64,000 nt of DNA from contig OZ176054.1 in the NCBI GenBank assembly GCA_964247055.1, forward strand, positions 2,852,001 to 2,916,000, in the 5' to 3' direction. The notes under the pieces were generated by a model. That model saw only the letters and a program-made list of their open reading frames with translations. It searched no databases and had not been told where the DNA came from. Made by a program: the position numbers and the translations under genes. Shown one piece after another: positions 49,585 through 62,260 of this stretch; within the stretch, counting starts at the first letter, position 1, and the number at the start of each line of letters is the position of its first letter. This DNA comes from Paragordius varius. Its lineage: Eukaryota; Animalia; Nematomorpha.

Positions 49585-49954
49585 TTAAACGTCTTAAAAA
49601 TGGAAATTAGGAAATATTTGTTATATCAAAAGTATGCTCCCCACTATCTCGTCTATGCTTGGAATTAAATAGTTATTTTATTAAATCATAAACTTTTTAA
49701 TATATTGGAGTAGAGGATATATATTTTTCGAAATATTATTCATTTTGTGTGATGTATTATTATAAAACACAATTATATAAATATCAGCATCATAGAAAAA
49801 CAAGTGTTAAAATAGAGTATTATATAATAAATATATTATTGATAATTTATATAGATATGTCATTTACTACTATAAATATTTTTGATTGTTTTGCGTTTTA
49901 GTCCGCTGTTTATTCAAAATAATTTATATATAAATTTTCTTTTCGTTATTAGTG

Positions 49955-52337
49955 TTAGCTCCAATAATTGGCTTTGTAATATTTGATTAGGTCTTGAACA
50001 TTATTTCTGTACGGTTCATTGAAGAGAAGATTAATGTAAAACGTTAACCCAAAGTACATGTATTGCATGGTAGAAAGTAGTATGTAAAAATTGTTAACAT
50101 TCGATCTATCCCAATTTAACAACATATAGCTAACGCCCATTTCCATTATACTTATGGGTAAGTAGAATATCAAAAATTCAATCGTCAAAATTAGCAAAGT
50201 TTTGGAATGTTGTTTGAGTTCTTTGGCCCTTTGAGCGCTATATCGTGATTTTTTATCTTTATTCATTTTGTTGGTATTATGATTGGGCTGTGATTTCACC
50301 CTTCCATTGTTTTTCATGGATTTGAATAAAGCCGATTTAGTTTGTGTCGATGGAATAATGGGAAAAGCAGTTAAACTTTGATCTGTAACTTGAGCATAAA
50401 TATAAAATAAGAATGTTTATTTTAATAGATCTGAGGTTAATTATGTACACCAAATTTTTTTTGATATCATTAGCAGGTGAATTTACATTTAAAAAACAAT
50501 TTCTTTAACTTTTATCAAACCGTTTTTATAACCGGAAACGCGGTACGGTTCCAAAAATGATTTTATTATTTCTTAATTTTCGATTTTTATACAAGAATCT
50601 TTTTGAAATTTTGTTTTCTATTTTTTTGATCAAATAAATTTTTTTTCAGATACAACTAGTATACAGTTAACTTTTTAAGACGTTAGTATTTATTTAAGTG
50701 GCTATAATTAAACTAATTTTTTAAAAAAATATATCCAAATCAGAACATTATCCGAAAATGGAAATAAGTTTAGAGCATTTTTACTGTAATTGTTAAAAAA
50801 TCGTTCCATCTCTTATCCCTGTAATTCACAAACAATAAATGGTTAGAAATTACATATTTGTAATTAAAAATCTAAGTATATGATAACCTCCCACACTTAT
50901 TTTAGGTGATGTTGGTTCATTATTGGATTGAAGATTGCCGCCCTCTAAGCCCTGATGATTTTTCATTTCGATCGGGTGTGTAATTGAACAGTGTACTGTA
51001 ATTTTATTTATGTTGCCTATACCTAGCAGGGGTAATATCTTACGTCGTCTAATGACAATTTTCTTGGAAACAAGCAAAGCTAAGAACGGCATAATGTTGA
51101 CAAACAATTCACGGAAAATTTGATACATAAGCCATCTCAACCAAACGCCATATGTTGCGGGCATCCAGAGCTCTTGTATATATACAATGGTATTTGTTGA
51201 TAACAATGGATCATCGTGCGATTTCGTTGCAGAAGTGATTGATAAATTTTGGGATCCAATTGATTCAGTACTGTTAACGTAGTAATTGCTTTGAATGTCA
51301 TTCTTGTCGCCGTTTAAGTAACTATATATAAATTGTGTTTTTGATTCTAAATGTTCATTCCTCCTTTGATTATAGCCAGGTCTCATCAACTCACTCACAT
51401 TTGAGCACAAATGTATGGGTATGACGGTAAACCATTTGTATGACGGGATATACCAAACAGTGCAGTATATGAAACACGCTATAACTATATACAATATCCA
51501 ATGTGGTTGTATGAACATTGTATACTTTGTTGGCCATATCACAACGACGAGTTGGCATATAAAAAACAGGAGGTACAAGAAAAATGTAAATGTCATTATC
51601 GTTTTAGTCAAAGGGAAATGTATGTGAGCCAAATAGGTATTCCAGGCTCTACCATTCCAAACCGTTGTGCAACAGACTCCGTTAACTCTCATTTTTATGA
51701 TGGGTGATGGTATTTGAGTCAACATAATTACGGCGCACATGAGATAAAACCATCGAATAAGACAATTCGTTATCTGTAGTACCGGGTCTTTATTAACCTT
51801 TTGCCGATTATTATTATACAGCTGTTGATGCTGGTGACTATGTTGATTCTTACCAATAGGTCTGTTTGATTCTGTCAAGATCCCTCTATCGGAATGTGCT
51901 TGGGTAGAGGGTCCCCTTAACTTTTTTTGTTTTGTTTTAAGATCAATTAGTTCAAGGTTAATAAGGTATGCCATTATATTACCTATATCATATATAATAA
52001 TTGTATATGTATGTATTTGTTTGCTTGGTAAAGTTATAATGAAATTCATTTTACCAAATAATCCTAGAAACAGAAGGATCCATGCCGCAATAATGTTGAA
52101 TTCGGTGATAAAATCATTTTCGTCAAAAATTTTAATTTTCCTGGGGGAATAGCAGACATGGCTGTCCAAATTTTGTTGTTTATTGCAAGTTTTACCTAAA
52201 ATATAATTTGGCACATTTGTACGATTGAAATTGATATCATTGAAATTAAGAGAGATGGGTTCGAATTGAGATGTTATGAGACTAGGAAATGCATTTACCA
52301 AATTTTGGTACGAGTTGTTGGAGGATAATGAAGGCAT
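49955..52337 (-). CDS. Divergent rhodopsin-type GPCR, FMRFamide/srw peptide-receptor-like (~603 aa)
   Basis: Exons 52337-52055, 51982-50888, 50388(or 50382)-49955, with matching phases. Seven hydrophobic segments: TM1 LLFLGLFGNI, TM4 YCTVWYIPSY, TM5 LFVNIMPFLALL, TM6 LLILTIEFLIFYLPISI, TM7 YFGLTFYINLLFNEPYR. Confidence 0.75.
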
Positions 52338-53026
52338 TATTCATAAAAAAATTTAGTTACTTTTTCTATCATTATTTTTTCACACCTATACCTGTGAGAA
52401 ATGTTTTACCCTAATTGAAAATTTATTGATTGCACGTACGCGCTAACATGCATGATACACTTTACAGACAATATTTTACTTAACTAATTAATTTTTGCAT
52501 AATTAATCGTATAACCACACACAATATAATTTGAAATTTAAAGACAACTTTTTTAAAAAATTGGTTTATAAAAAATAAGTATTATTAGCTACTCTATATC
52601 GTTATACCCCTTTGTTAATTGAACACTAAAACTTTTGTGGGAACTTTTTTGCGTTTAAGTATTTTTGTGCTTGTGTTTTTCCACACTGCTTTTAACACTA
52701 TGATCATGAAAAATTCGCTAGTTTTTCATTAATAATGCGAAACATACAGTAGAGAGCATTATTATTATGTGAAAAAGTGAAAAAATTATATGTCAATAAT
52801 ATTGCCTCCTTTGCTGAATATGCTATCTGGCAATAATTAATGAAAAGCTAGCAATGTTTATTTATTCATCCTGTATTTATAATGGTATCAAACGATGTAA
52901 AGATCGACGTAAAATAAGGTAAAAATAGAATATATGTGTGATACTCAAATATTCTCCCATATCGTCAGGAAATTAGATTAGATTGGAGAAAAATATGATA
53001 ATCAATATATTACTTTACCTTTATAC

Positions 53027-53319
53027 CAGGGATGTCCTACACAAATGGTTTTGGACTTATTTTTAGCTTTATTCTGCGCGCCCGCTATTGTATATATAGG
53101 CATATAAATAATTTATTAGATTTCAAACATAAGATTGCAAAGTGAAAACTAAATGTAGCAAATTTTTCTCGTTCTTGCTATTTGAATAGACTATTTTAGC
53201 AAAATTGCCTAAGAATTATCAATTTTACTTAGATTTTGTGAGCATGTCGTACATTATGAATTCCAAAATTTTGGCAGGCCGCAGATAAAGACTCGCACGG
53301 CCGCATGCGGCAACTTCTG
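53027..53319. mobile_element. ~290-bp hAT-family MITE remnant
   Basis: Starts CAGGGATGTCC and ends with GGCCGCA..GGCCGCATGCGGC..CTTCTG. Flanks CTTTATAC / TCATATAC give a 5/8 match to an 8-bp TSD. Confidence 0.45.
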
Positions 53320-54580
53320 TCATATACCTTATTTTACGACCATCACCAAATTGTTTACATACTCTCGAAATGGCTTTATACTGATCATCCATAGTAAAAA
53401 AATAAAAATTAAAAACACAGGTTTTGAGCTTCTACAATATATTGTGAAAAACTTTTTTCGCGTTAAAATAATTATTTGCCTATGGCTGACTAAACTTATG
53501 CTTAAAAATTATAATTTTTGTGAATTTGCGGCCCCATGTTTTCAACAAAAAGAGGTATGGCTGTGATTTAACTTTCAAATAAAAGGAATTAACAATAATT
53601 ATATTATGCAGTGTCAAATTCAATAGTATTTTTATTCGGCACTTTGGATAGCGAAATATTAGAATCAATATGGCAATTACGCTGCATTTTGATCACTAAA
53701 CCCAAAACCGATTATTTTTTATATCAGAATTTAGCATTACTTAAAATTTTTATTATATCGGTATTTGTGAATTTATTTTGAGAAAAACTTGCCAATTATA
53801 CTCGGGTGTATTAATTAAAGACTCTCGGAGCGTTAATATTTTAATTCATAAAAATTTTTATTTTCTATCTAAATAAATAACATATGTTTATATATTATTT
53901 TTTGGAATTAACTATTTAACCTTTACCAAAAAAATTTATTTAACATAATTTTAGCTAATTTTGCGAATTCACGATATAAAGCAGGGGCACCACAAAATTT
54001 TAAATAACTTTTTGACATGATTCGTAACTATAACAATACCATTATTATCCTCATACATTTAATCAAAATGTATATTTAATCAAATTTTTTGCGACCCCGA
54101 TTATTGATGCGGTGTGTATCCCATAAATTCTTTATTGGTCATAAATTCCATATTTGCCTCTATATAAAAAGATGCTTATGTTATTATCGTGATTAAGAAA
54201 AGGATTGGGGAAAAGCGACAATATATAAGCTGATAGATAAATGTATCAGAATTATCGGTATTTTCGGTTTTGCTTAATATTTATATATTTTAATATTTGG
54301 ATGTGGGCTCAAAAAGTTTCAAAATTTTCGCCCTTCTAAAATGGGCTACTTATGAAAGAAATGAAAAAAAATGTCATTTCGCGATAAAAATTTTTTTAAT
54401 CCTGCTTGGTCTAGATCAGGGGTGTCCAACACAAATGGCTTTAAGAGCCACCTTTTCGACCGCAAAATTCCAAAGAGCCACTTTTTATTTATATATACAT
54501 TGGTAACAAATAAATTTATTATATTATATAGATGTGCTAATTTTCATATCATAAGAAAATAAACAGTATAAATATAATAA

Positions 54581-55674
54581 CACTAGACAACAAATTTTAA
54601 CTTTTTTTAACTGCCATTCTTGTAAATTTAAAATTTATTTCATTAAAGTACATAATTAGTATATCTGAAAAGAAAATTGGTCTATGCAATAATTTTTTTA
54701 AATTAGAGTATATCGATAATTTTTTGGCCCCGATTTAACATTAAACTCGAAATTTCGAAAATCAAAAGTTTTAGATATGAAGCCATATATTTATATCATT
54801 CGAAAGAGCGGAAAAAACTGCATCTTTTAAATGGTAGTAAGTCATTTAAATCAATCTGATGTAAAAGTTATTTGGATTTAAATGGTCGAAATTTTCAATC
54901 CTTAAATAAGTCAAGAATTTTCACAGACAAACTAATTTGAAAATCTTATAAATTATTTTAATATATTTATTAGGGTTATATTAGTATTTAATTTAGAAAA
55001 AATGTTTGAAAAAGCTTTTGGTTGATTTTTTAATAAAAATTATTATTATCATAAATATTTTACCTAGTGGATACAAAAATGCATAGTTATAACTGTAAAT
55101 TTATTACATAATGGCTATAAAAAATCAAAAATACCTTAAACTTTGTTTTTATCTTTAAAATTTCGAAATTATCAGCCTCGTAAAGAAAATAAATTAATAT
55201 TGATGAGATGGTAATTTTTAAAAAACAAAAAATGGCTGTTTTGAGTCACATAAAAGCAATCAAAAAATGTTTTGAAAAACTTTCTTGTGTTATCTTTTTT
55301 GGACATTCATCACCATCTTAACAAAGTTTGAGCTATTTTCATCCATTAGTTTTAAAAATAAAATTAAAAAATATGCTCTCGCTGTCGCTCTTTAAGTCCA
55401 ATATTAACTGTCGATGTGATACATATTAGTATGCATTTTATAGAGTTTTTATTACTCTTTCGAATGATCAATTACAAATGGGCATTACTTGTATATTTTC
55501 AAAGAAAAACATTTTTTAGTAAAATTTTTATAAAGAGGGCGCATAATCAAAAAAATCAATTTATACGAAATTCTTCCATCGAGTTATAATTTTTATTTCA
55601 GATTTACTGTTAAAATGTAATAAATATCAGAAAATGCAAAAAACTCAAGTGGCAGAAAAATTTGTTGTCCAGTG
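54581..55674. mobile_element. ~1.1-kb non-autonomous Tc1/mariner-type element nested in the hAT transposon
   Basis: Left CACTAGACAACAAATTTT..CTGCCA; right TGGCAG-AAAAATTTGTTGTCCAGTG|TA (17/18 TIR match). A similar end (aaatttgtcgactagtgta) occurs at ~61765. Confidence 0.7.
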
Positions 55675-55892
55675 TAATGCTTTGCTAATTAAATTATATC
55701 AATGTGTAAAAAAAAGATAAAAATACATGGATATGGTAAACTTATTGCAATTCGATAGTACTAGAGTAGACTGTGGCGAATTTAATCGCCAAAATGTAAT
55801 TTTTTTTATAAATAAAAATAAAAGAAATAAATATTGTTCATTGCATATTAAATTTTTAATGGGATATTTGTTTTGTAATTTTTTTGCTTAAT

Positions 55893-57592
55893 TTATTGAG
55901 ATCTATCAATATTTGATACAGCACATCTCAATTCATTTTCCAAGTTTTCATCAGTTAATAAAGAACGTGAAAGAGATTTTGTATATTTTATTTTAGAAAA
56001 AAAAACTTTCACAAGGATAAGTGGACCCAAAAACACAAATTTCTTATTGCGCAAAAATTTTAAATTAGGAAATTTATCAAACCTTATATATTTTTTATAA
56101 AATTCAATTTTATTTGTTTGCCCAAATAATAATTTTAATTCATTATTGGATTGCAAATCTAGTAATTCCATTTGTAAATAAATAGGAGCGTTATAGCTTT
56201 AACGTAGAATGGACAACAAAATAAATCAAATATTTTTTCATATTTTGTCATATCCCCGTATCGATTATTAAAAGCTTTTGATAATATGTCAATTTTATCT
56301 GCATATTTTGAAAAATCGTTAGTTTTTCCAGCTTTAAATCTATTCAATTCTGGAAAATGTTCAGCATTTTTTTTAATTGCATTCAAATAACGTCAATTTT
56401 TTACAAAACGCTTTAATATGGTTATTCGCATCAACAATTAAATTATCTTGCTTTTGCAAGGATTCATTTAATTGATTTAGTTTTTCTGTAATATCTACGG
56501 AAAAGCATATGACAACCAATCTTCATAGGTTAATTCCTCTACCAAATAATTATTCCGCAATATAAAAATATTTATTTCTTTTAATAAATAATAAAACCCT
56601 TTTAGACATTTCCCTCGACTAAGCCACCTATTTGAAAAAAATATGAGATCTCATATTCTGAATGAATTTCTTTTAATAACTCCTTAAACTGCCTTTCAAA
56701 GCATGAGATTTTATAAAATTAACTACTTAAATAACAACGGTCATAACATTGTCCAGTGTCTGAGCATGTGCGCAGAGATTTTCACGGTGAATCATGCAAT
56801 GAATTATATATATATGGTCAATATTAATACCATCGGATTCCATCTTATAATAATATCACGGTTCCCTTGTTTTTTCCCATCATAGCTGGGGCACCATCTG
56901 TTGTCAAACAAGATAGCGCCCTCATATTTAATTTATTGTCCTTAATACATTTAAAATTGCATGAAACATATCATCTTCCTTAGTTGTATTTTTCATCGAA
57001 AGTAAGCCTAACATATCTTCTGTTTTATTAAAAATTCATCTATTCCTCGAATAAAGACTACCAATTGTGATATATTGCTTATATCTGTGCTTTCATCAAA
57101 TGACAAGGAACACACCACAAAATTTTGAATTCTTTCTTTTAGGGAAAGAATTTCTTCTGCGATGTCTATAATTCGTCGGTATTGCGCGAAAGACTTATAC
57201 TGGATATTAATTTAACTTTATTAGGCAAAACACATTTTATAATTTGCAGTACGCTTTCCTTTACAAACTCACCATCAGAATAAGGGTTCATTTTTTTGGC
57301 GAGTAAATTGGCAACAATATAACTTGCCTTTACTATCGGATAAGGTTGCGTGAATTGGTTGGAAATTATGAATATTTTTTAAAAATTCTGATTTTATTAT
57401 TTTCATTTCTGTAGTCATATTAATAAAATCCAAATGCATGGTATTGGCATGTCTTTTTAAATTATATTCGCGAAACCCGTTAGTCGTAAATTTGCAAATA
57501 AGGCACTCCGCTTTGTTGAAAATTTGAGTAAACCCATATTTTAATTCCCAGTCGGGATTGTATTTTCTAGTTACTTTTTTAGATTTATGCAT
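55893..57592 (-). pseudogene. Frameshifted hAT transposase (GTF2IRD2/SPIN-like)
   Basis: Motifs in shifting frames: BED finger AECLICK..NLKRHANTMH (from ATG 57592); SLSFDESTD (~57095); TTDGAPAM (~56895); HCMIHRENLC (~56790); RWLSRG (~56610); FGSTYPCESFF (~56015); RSLLTDENLENELR. Multiple stops and frameshifts. Confidence 0.9.
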
Positions 57593-57595
57593 ATT

Positions 57596-57810
57596 GAAAG
57601 CTAAATAAATTATTTTAAATACCTATTTTTTGCAAATTTAAATTTTCAATGGACCTTAATTATAATTCCCAGTATTGGTATGAAAGCTAAATAAATTATT
57701 TTAAATACCTATTTTTTGCAAGTATTTCAATGTTTCAATGGACCCAAATTATAATTCCCAGTATTGGTATGAAAGCAAATAAATTAATTTAAATTCCTAT
57801 TTTATGCAAG
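57596..57810. repeat. Tandem repeat, ~2.5 copies of an 86-89 bp unit, directly upstream of the transposase ATG
   Basis: gaaagctaaataaattattttaaatacctattttttgcaa starts at 57596, 57682 and (variant) 57771; aattataattcccagtattggtat occurs twice. Confidence 0.85.
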
Positions 57811-60617
57811 TAATTTAATATTTTAATTTAATGTGAAAGTTATCATCTTGAAGTTGGAAATAACACGCAGGAAATGTGTTTTATAAATGATTAAATGAAT
57901 GCGATGATAGATATTTAAAATAAAGAATTTTATTAAAAGTTTCTAAAAATAATTTATATGTCAAAATAAAAATGCATAATTCACATATAAAAATTTTTTT
58001 AAAAAAATTAGAAATTATTTTTTTTTAAAAAAAAAATTTTTTTTTCAAAATTTTCAAAGAACCACTCAAAATTTTCGATGAGCCACTAGTGGCTCGCGAG
58101 TACCCTGTTAAACACCCCTGGTCTAGATTATGGCATCAAAATAAGGTATTTTTAAAATATGCATACTTTGATCAAAAATTTAATTTTGAACAAAGTTTGG
58201 GGAAGCGTATTTCATATTATTATTTTGAGGGATGATGGAAACGGTATAAAAACGCTTTAAAATCTTATTAAAACATTTTTTCTATACAATTCGATGATTG
58301 AACATTTCTATCATCTCAAATTTTCATTAAAATCTTCTTTCGTCTTCATATTTATGTTAAATATACATTGTTTTACATTTCTAAAATTAAGCACGACCTT
58401 TAAAATTGAGCACGACCCTTTGGAATAAATTCTGAGGATATAGAAATGTTAAGTATCGAATTATATGAAAGTGGTATATATCCTAAATTTTTTCGTATCC
58501 ACCATGCTTCAAAATACTTTGCAACTCGCTTCACCAAAATTTTGTTATAAATTAAATTTTTTATAATATCCACTTGAAAAAAATATTTTGTGTCAAAATT
58601 TAGCATGTATATATTTCGCGAACTTTATTTTAAAGAACTTGCCCATTTTGGACGGGTCCAAAAATTTGAGACTTTAGGAGCCAAATATAGTTATAAAATA
58701 ATGTTTGGTTTTTTATTTAGTTCTGATATATTTTTTAAATAATATATATATATATGTTGGTGCTATTTTATGAAATGATGCTTAGTTTCACCAAAAAATT
58801 TTATTAAACAAAATTTGAGGAAAATTTTACCATTTTCTGACATGGAGCAGTCTTAAAAGTGCAAATAATTTTTTTAAATCACCTGCAAAGGCCAAACCAA
58901 AAGTACCACGATAATCGTGATATATTTCCAATCAGAATATTATGATTTAATTGTTTGCCGAATGCTCTGAAAAACTCAAATTTTTGGACTCATCTATATT
59001 GCCGAGATTGCGAATAAAATTTTAATATATTCTAGATTGGACCGTAAGGAATTTTTTTTGGAAAATGGCTTTTGCTAAAAAATTCCAATTGACAAATTTG
59101 AAAAATGGTGTAAACGATAGACACTTTTAAAGTTAATATGAAAGCACTTTTCCATATTTCATTTCTGCTAAAGAATTCTCATTTCAAATTTAGTTTAAAA
59201 ATAAATTATTGTCGTCAAAATTTTAATTTGGAGCCGATATTAAAAATGTTAAGATGATAGATATCTTCAGCTACATCGATTTATATAGAAAATTGTTTTT
59301 ATATAATATCTAGTGTTTTTTGACTGTTTCTACCATGCTTCAAGATACCATACAAAACGTTTGCACAAACTTTTCAAATTTACATTTTAAGCAAAATATG
59401 CAGATTTCTAGAATAACTTTGATTTATGAATAATAGCATTGTTGAGATGTTACCAGGCAATCTCGCACTTCTGCTTTCATTTTAAGAAACTACCATTTCA
59501 GAGACGTTTACTAATTTAAACTTTCGGCGTGCCTTACCTAAAGTTTAATATTCATTTTTTTATGTTTTTATAATTATATAATCTGTTGCTTTTACCAAAA
59601 AATATTTATTTGATATGAAATGCGAGTAGTGTTCTGTGCACTATGTTATACGAAAGGCTATTAAATGCATATTTTTTTACCCAATATCATCCGTAAAAAA
59701 ATAATTTTTATAGGGCAGAAAACTCTAAAGGCTATTCATTGTTAAAATGTCGTCTTCATTAAGTTTATAAGTTAATGACAAAAAATCAATTTAATTTACC
59801 ATAACATCCTTTTGTTTAGACATGTGAGGACAAATTTCATTTGCTTTTTGTGCTTGTATATCAGTGTTAGTAATTCCCTGACGAATAGATTATATAAATG
59901 TAATTTTCGGACGTATATCATTATTAAAAAAAATTTAAAAAAAAACAATTACATATAAATTGAAAAAAAGCAATTTAAATTTTGGCAAACTGCGAAAAAA
60001 GAATCAATGACCTATTAAAATCTCAACATAATTATTTTATATAATTGCTTTGCGATTTAAAATGGTAGCAAAAAATATCTTTGTCAAATTTAAACCGCAA
60101 CTAGGAAAATGAAAACTACTCTTTGGTAAATAGCTTATTTTCTTTGTAAAACATAATATATTTTAAAAACTTTAATTATAGGCTATGAGTCCTATAATAA
60201 ACGTCATTTCGATTAAAACTTTTTAAAACTATAATCCGTCTCCCAATTAAAGATTTCACTTGACGGTCACACAAATTTATGATTGTAAAAGTATTAGATC
60301 CATGTTATTTAATTTTGGGGTAATGATCAAAATAAATATAGTATATTTTAGTCTGAGAACTCAAGCAAGCTTTTTGTTCAGAAATTTTTTTCTCAATTAC
60401 TTACATATTGTATTAAATTAATTATTCTAGATCACTAAAAAACAGGTTGCACATTCGATCTTACGTCGCATAAGAATATCAAATATTGGGTTTAACAATA
60501 TGTAAGTAAACGTATAAAATCCTAGGGTTCCAAAATCATTTTCCTAAATTTATGCCTTTACAAAACTAAAAAGAATGGATAATAATGAAATATTTAATTT
60601 GCAAAACATAAACATTA

Positions 60618-61095
60618 TTAAAAATGGGAATTATAACACTGTTCAACAAGGTTTTGCACCACCCCATTATTTTTGCATTTTCTGATACTTAATGGTATGG
60701 AAAGGCCAAAACAAAAAAGAAAATTGAGGCCACCAATAAGATTTTTCCAAAATTTAATTTTTAAATTTGTATTTAATTCAAAAATAACAATCATTCCTCG
60801 TGTACATATGTTTAAATATTCAAACAAGCAAGTCGATACAAGTAATATTCCATGCATGGATAACAAATTCTAGGCATTAAATAAGATACTAAACAAGCTA
60901 AGAGCCAAAGTATTAAAAATCTAAAAGGAGCTTATGTATAGTGTGATAGATCCGGGCGGCTGCACAAGCTCTGCATATCCCCCAAGCGATCCTATAATTA
61001 TGCCAGATATGGCAAAGATAACAATAAGTAATCGTAGAGCCCGATAAGAGAGACTTTCAAGCAAAATCGTGGCAAATTGACATGTCAATTAACCA
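60618..61095 (-). pseudogene. Possible decayed multipass membrane-protein (GPCR-like) coding segment
   Basis: A single - frame of ~160 codons, hydrophobic and locally GC-richer, with two in-frame TAG codons (..ISSF*IFNTL..FNA*NLLSMHG..). LFCKLVN appears in an adjacent frame just upstream. No diagnostic motif. Confidence 0.25.
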
Positions 61096-62260
61096 ATTTA
61101 CAGAATAAAGTTAGATAAATTCTACAATTAAATTGAATAAAAAGATTAGGTAAATACAAATGGTCCAATCCCATAACAGTAAATTCTACTAAAAGTGGCT
61201 ACACAACATCCATCTGAAATTCAAAATACAAAACAACCAATAATTTTTAAAAAATAAGGTATATCCACTAGGTATAAATAAAGGATTTTTTATAAGAACC
61301 AACTCAAGAGAAAAAGTCTAATAAGTACTCGAAAGAACGAAATCTAACAAAAAAATAATAGCCTATCTGAAAGCCGAAGGTTTAAATTATAGAATGCCTT
61401 TTTTAGTATCTTTTTAAAAATTTTTTATATATGTTAAAAATTCACTTGAAAAAAAAAGACTAAATTTTGACGTTTAAGTCCGTACTATTTTTTTCTCTCT
61501 GATATTTAAGTGACATATTTATATTCAAAAGATAGAGTTTAAAACGCTTTATTAAATGATATTAAGTTTATAATATAATAACATTTTATTATAAAATTAT
61601 ATTTAATTTTCTTTCGATTTTCTCTTGTTTTTGAAAAATTGAAAAACCTATAAAATTTCAAAATACTGATTGGCGGGATCAAAAATTTTTTCAAATTCGG
61701 TTTTAAAACACTGAAATTAGTCATAATTTAAAAAGTTTGATAGGTGGTGCTTAAAAATGTCCAAATTTGTCGACTAGTGTAATTGATTATAAGATATTGG
61801 AAGGCATAAAGACTATATACAGATTTTTTCTATCGAATATGTGCTAGGGTGAGAAAAATTTAAAAATAATGCAAATATTAATTGTTAGATTTGGAATTAA
61901 GAAAATTATAATAAGTGTCCAGTTAATTAATATCAGTAAAAAGCCAGGATTTTAGTAACAGTATTGCCTTAAGTAAACCTCAGAAAATGGTATTAAAAAA
62001 ATGAAGTCCCATTAACGGCAATAAACATGTAAATAATACCCTTCATACCCATTTAAAATACCGTAATGGCCTGTAATTGATTTTGTTACTGTAAATAAAT
62101 ATACACTTTCAACACATATTAAAAAAATTTCTCTATTAACCGATTTAAAGACCTATGTTAAACAATAATATTGTTGATTTTTTATAATAGGTGTGCAAAA
62201 ATAAATCAACGTATTCATATTTATTGCTCCTGAATATCTATACAAATTTTTGGCATCTCT

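Larger units (their letters stand above)
54417..58120 (-). mobile_element. Full-length, inactive hAT DNA transposon (Buster/Charlie/SPIN-like group), 3704 bp
   Basis: TIRs CAGGGGTGTCCAAC / GTTAAACACCCCTG. Exact 8-bp TSD GTCTAGAT at 54409-54416 and 58121-58128, fitting the NTCTAGAN target preference known for this group. GAGCCAC subterminal motifs; internal transposase relic. Confidence 0.93.

Noticed and set aside
59400-59920. Partly open - strand frames that might be a transposase relic
   Set aside because: Multiple stops and no diagnostic motif could be identified by eye.
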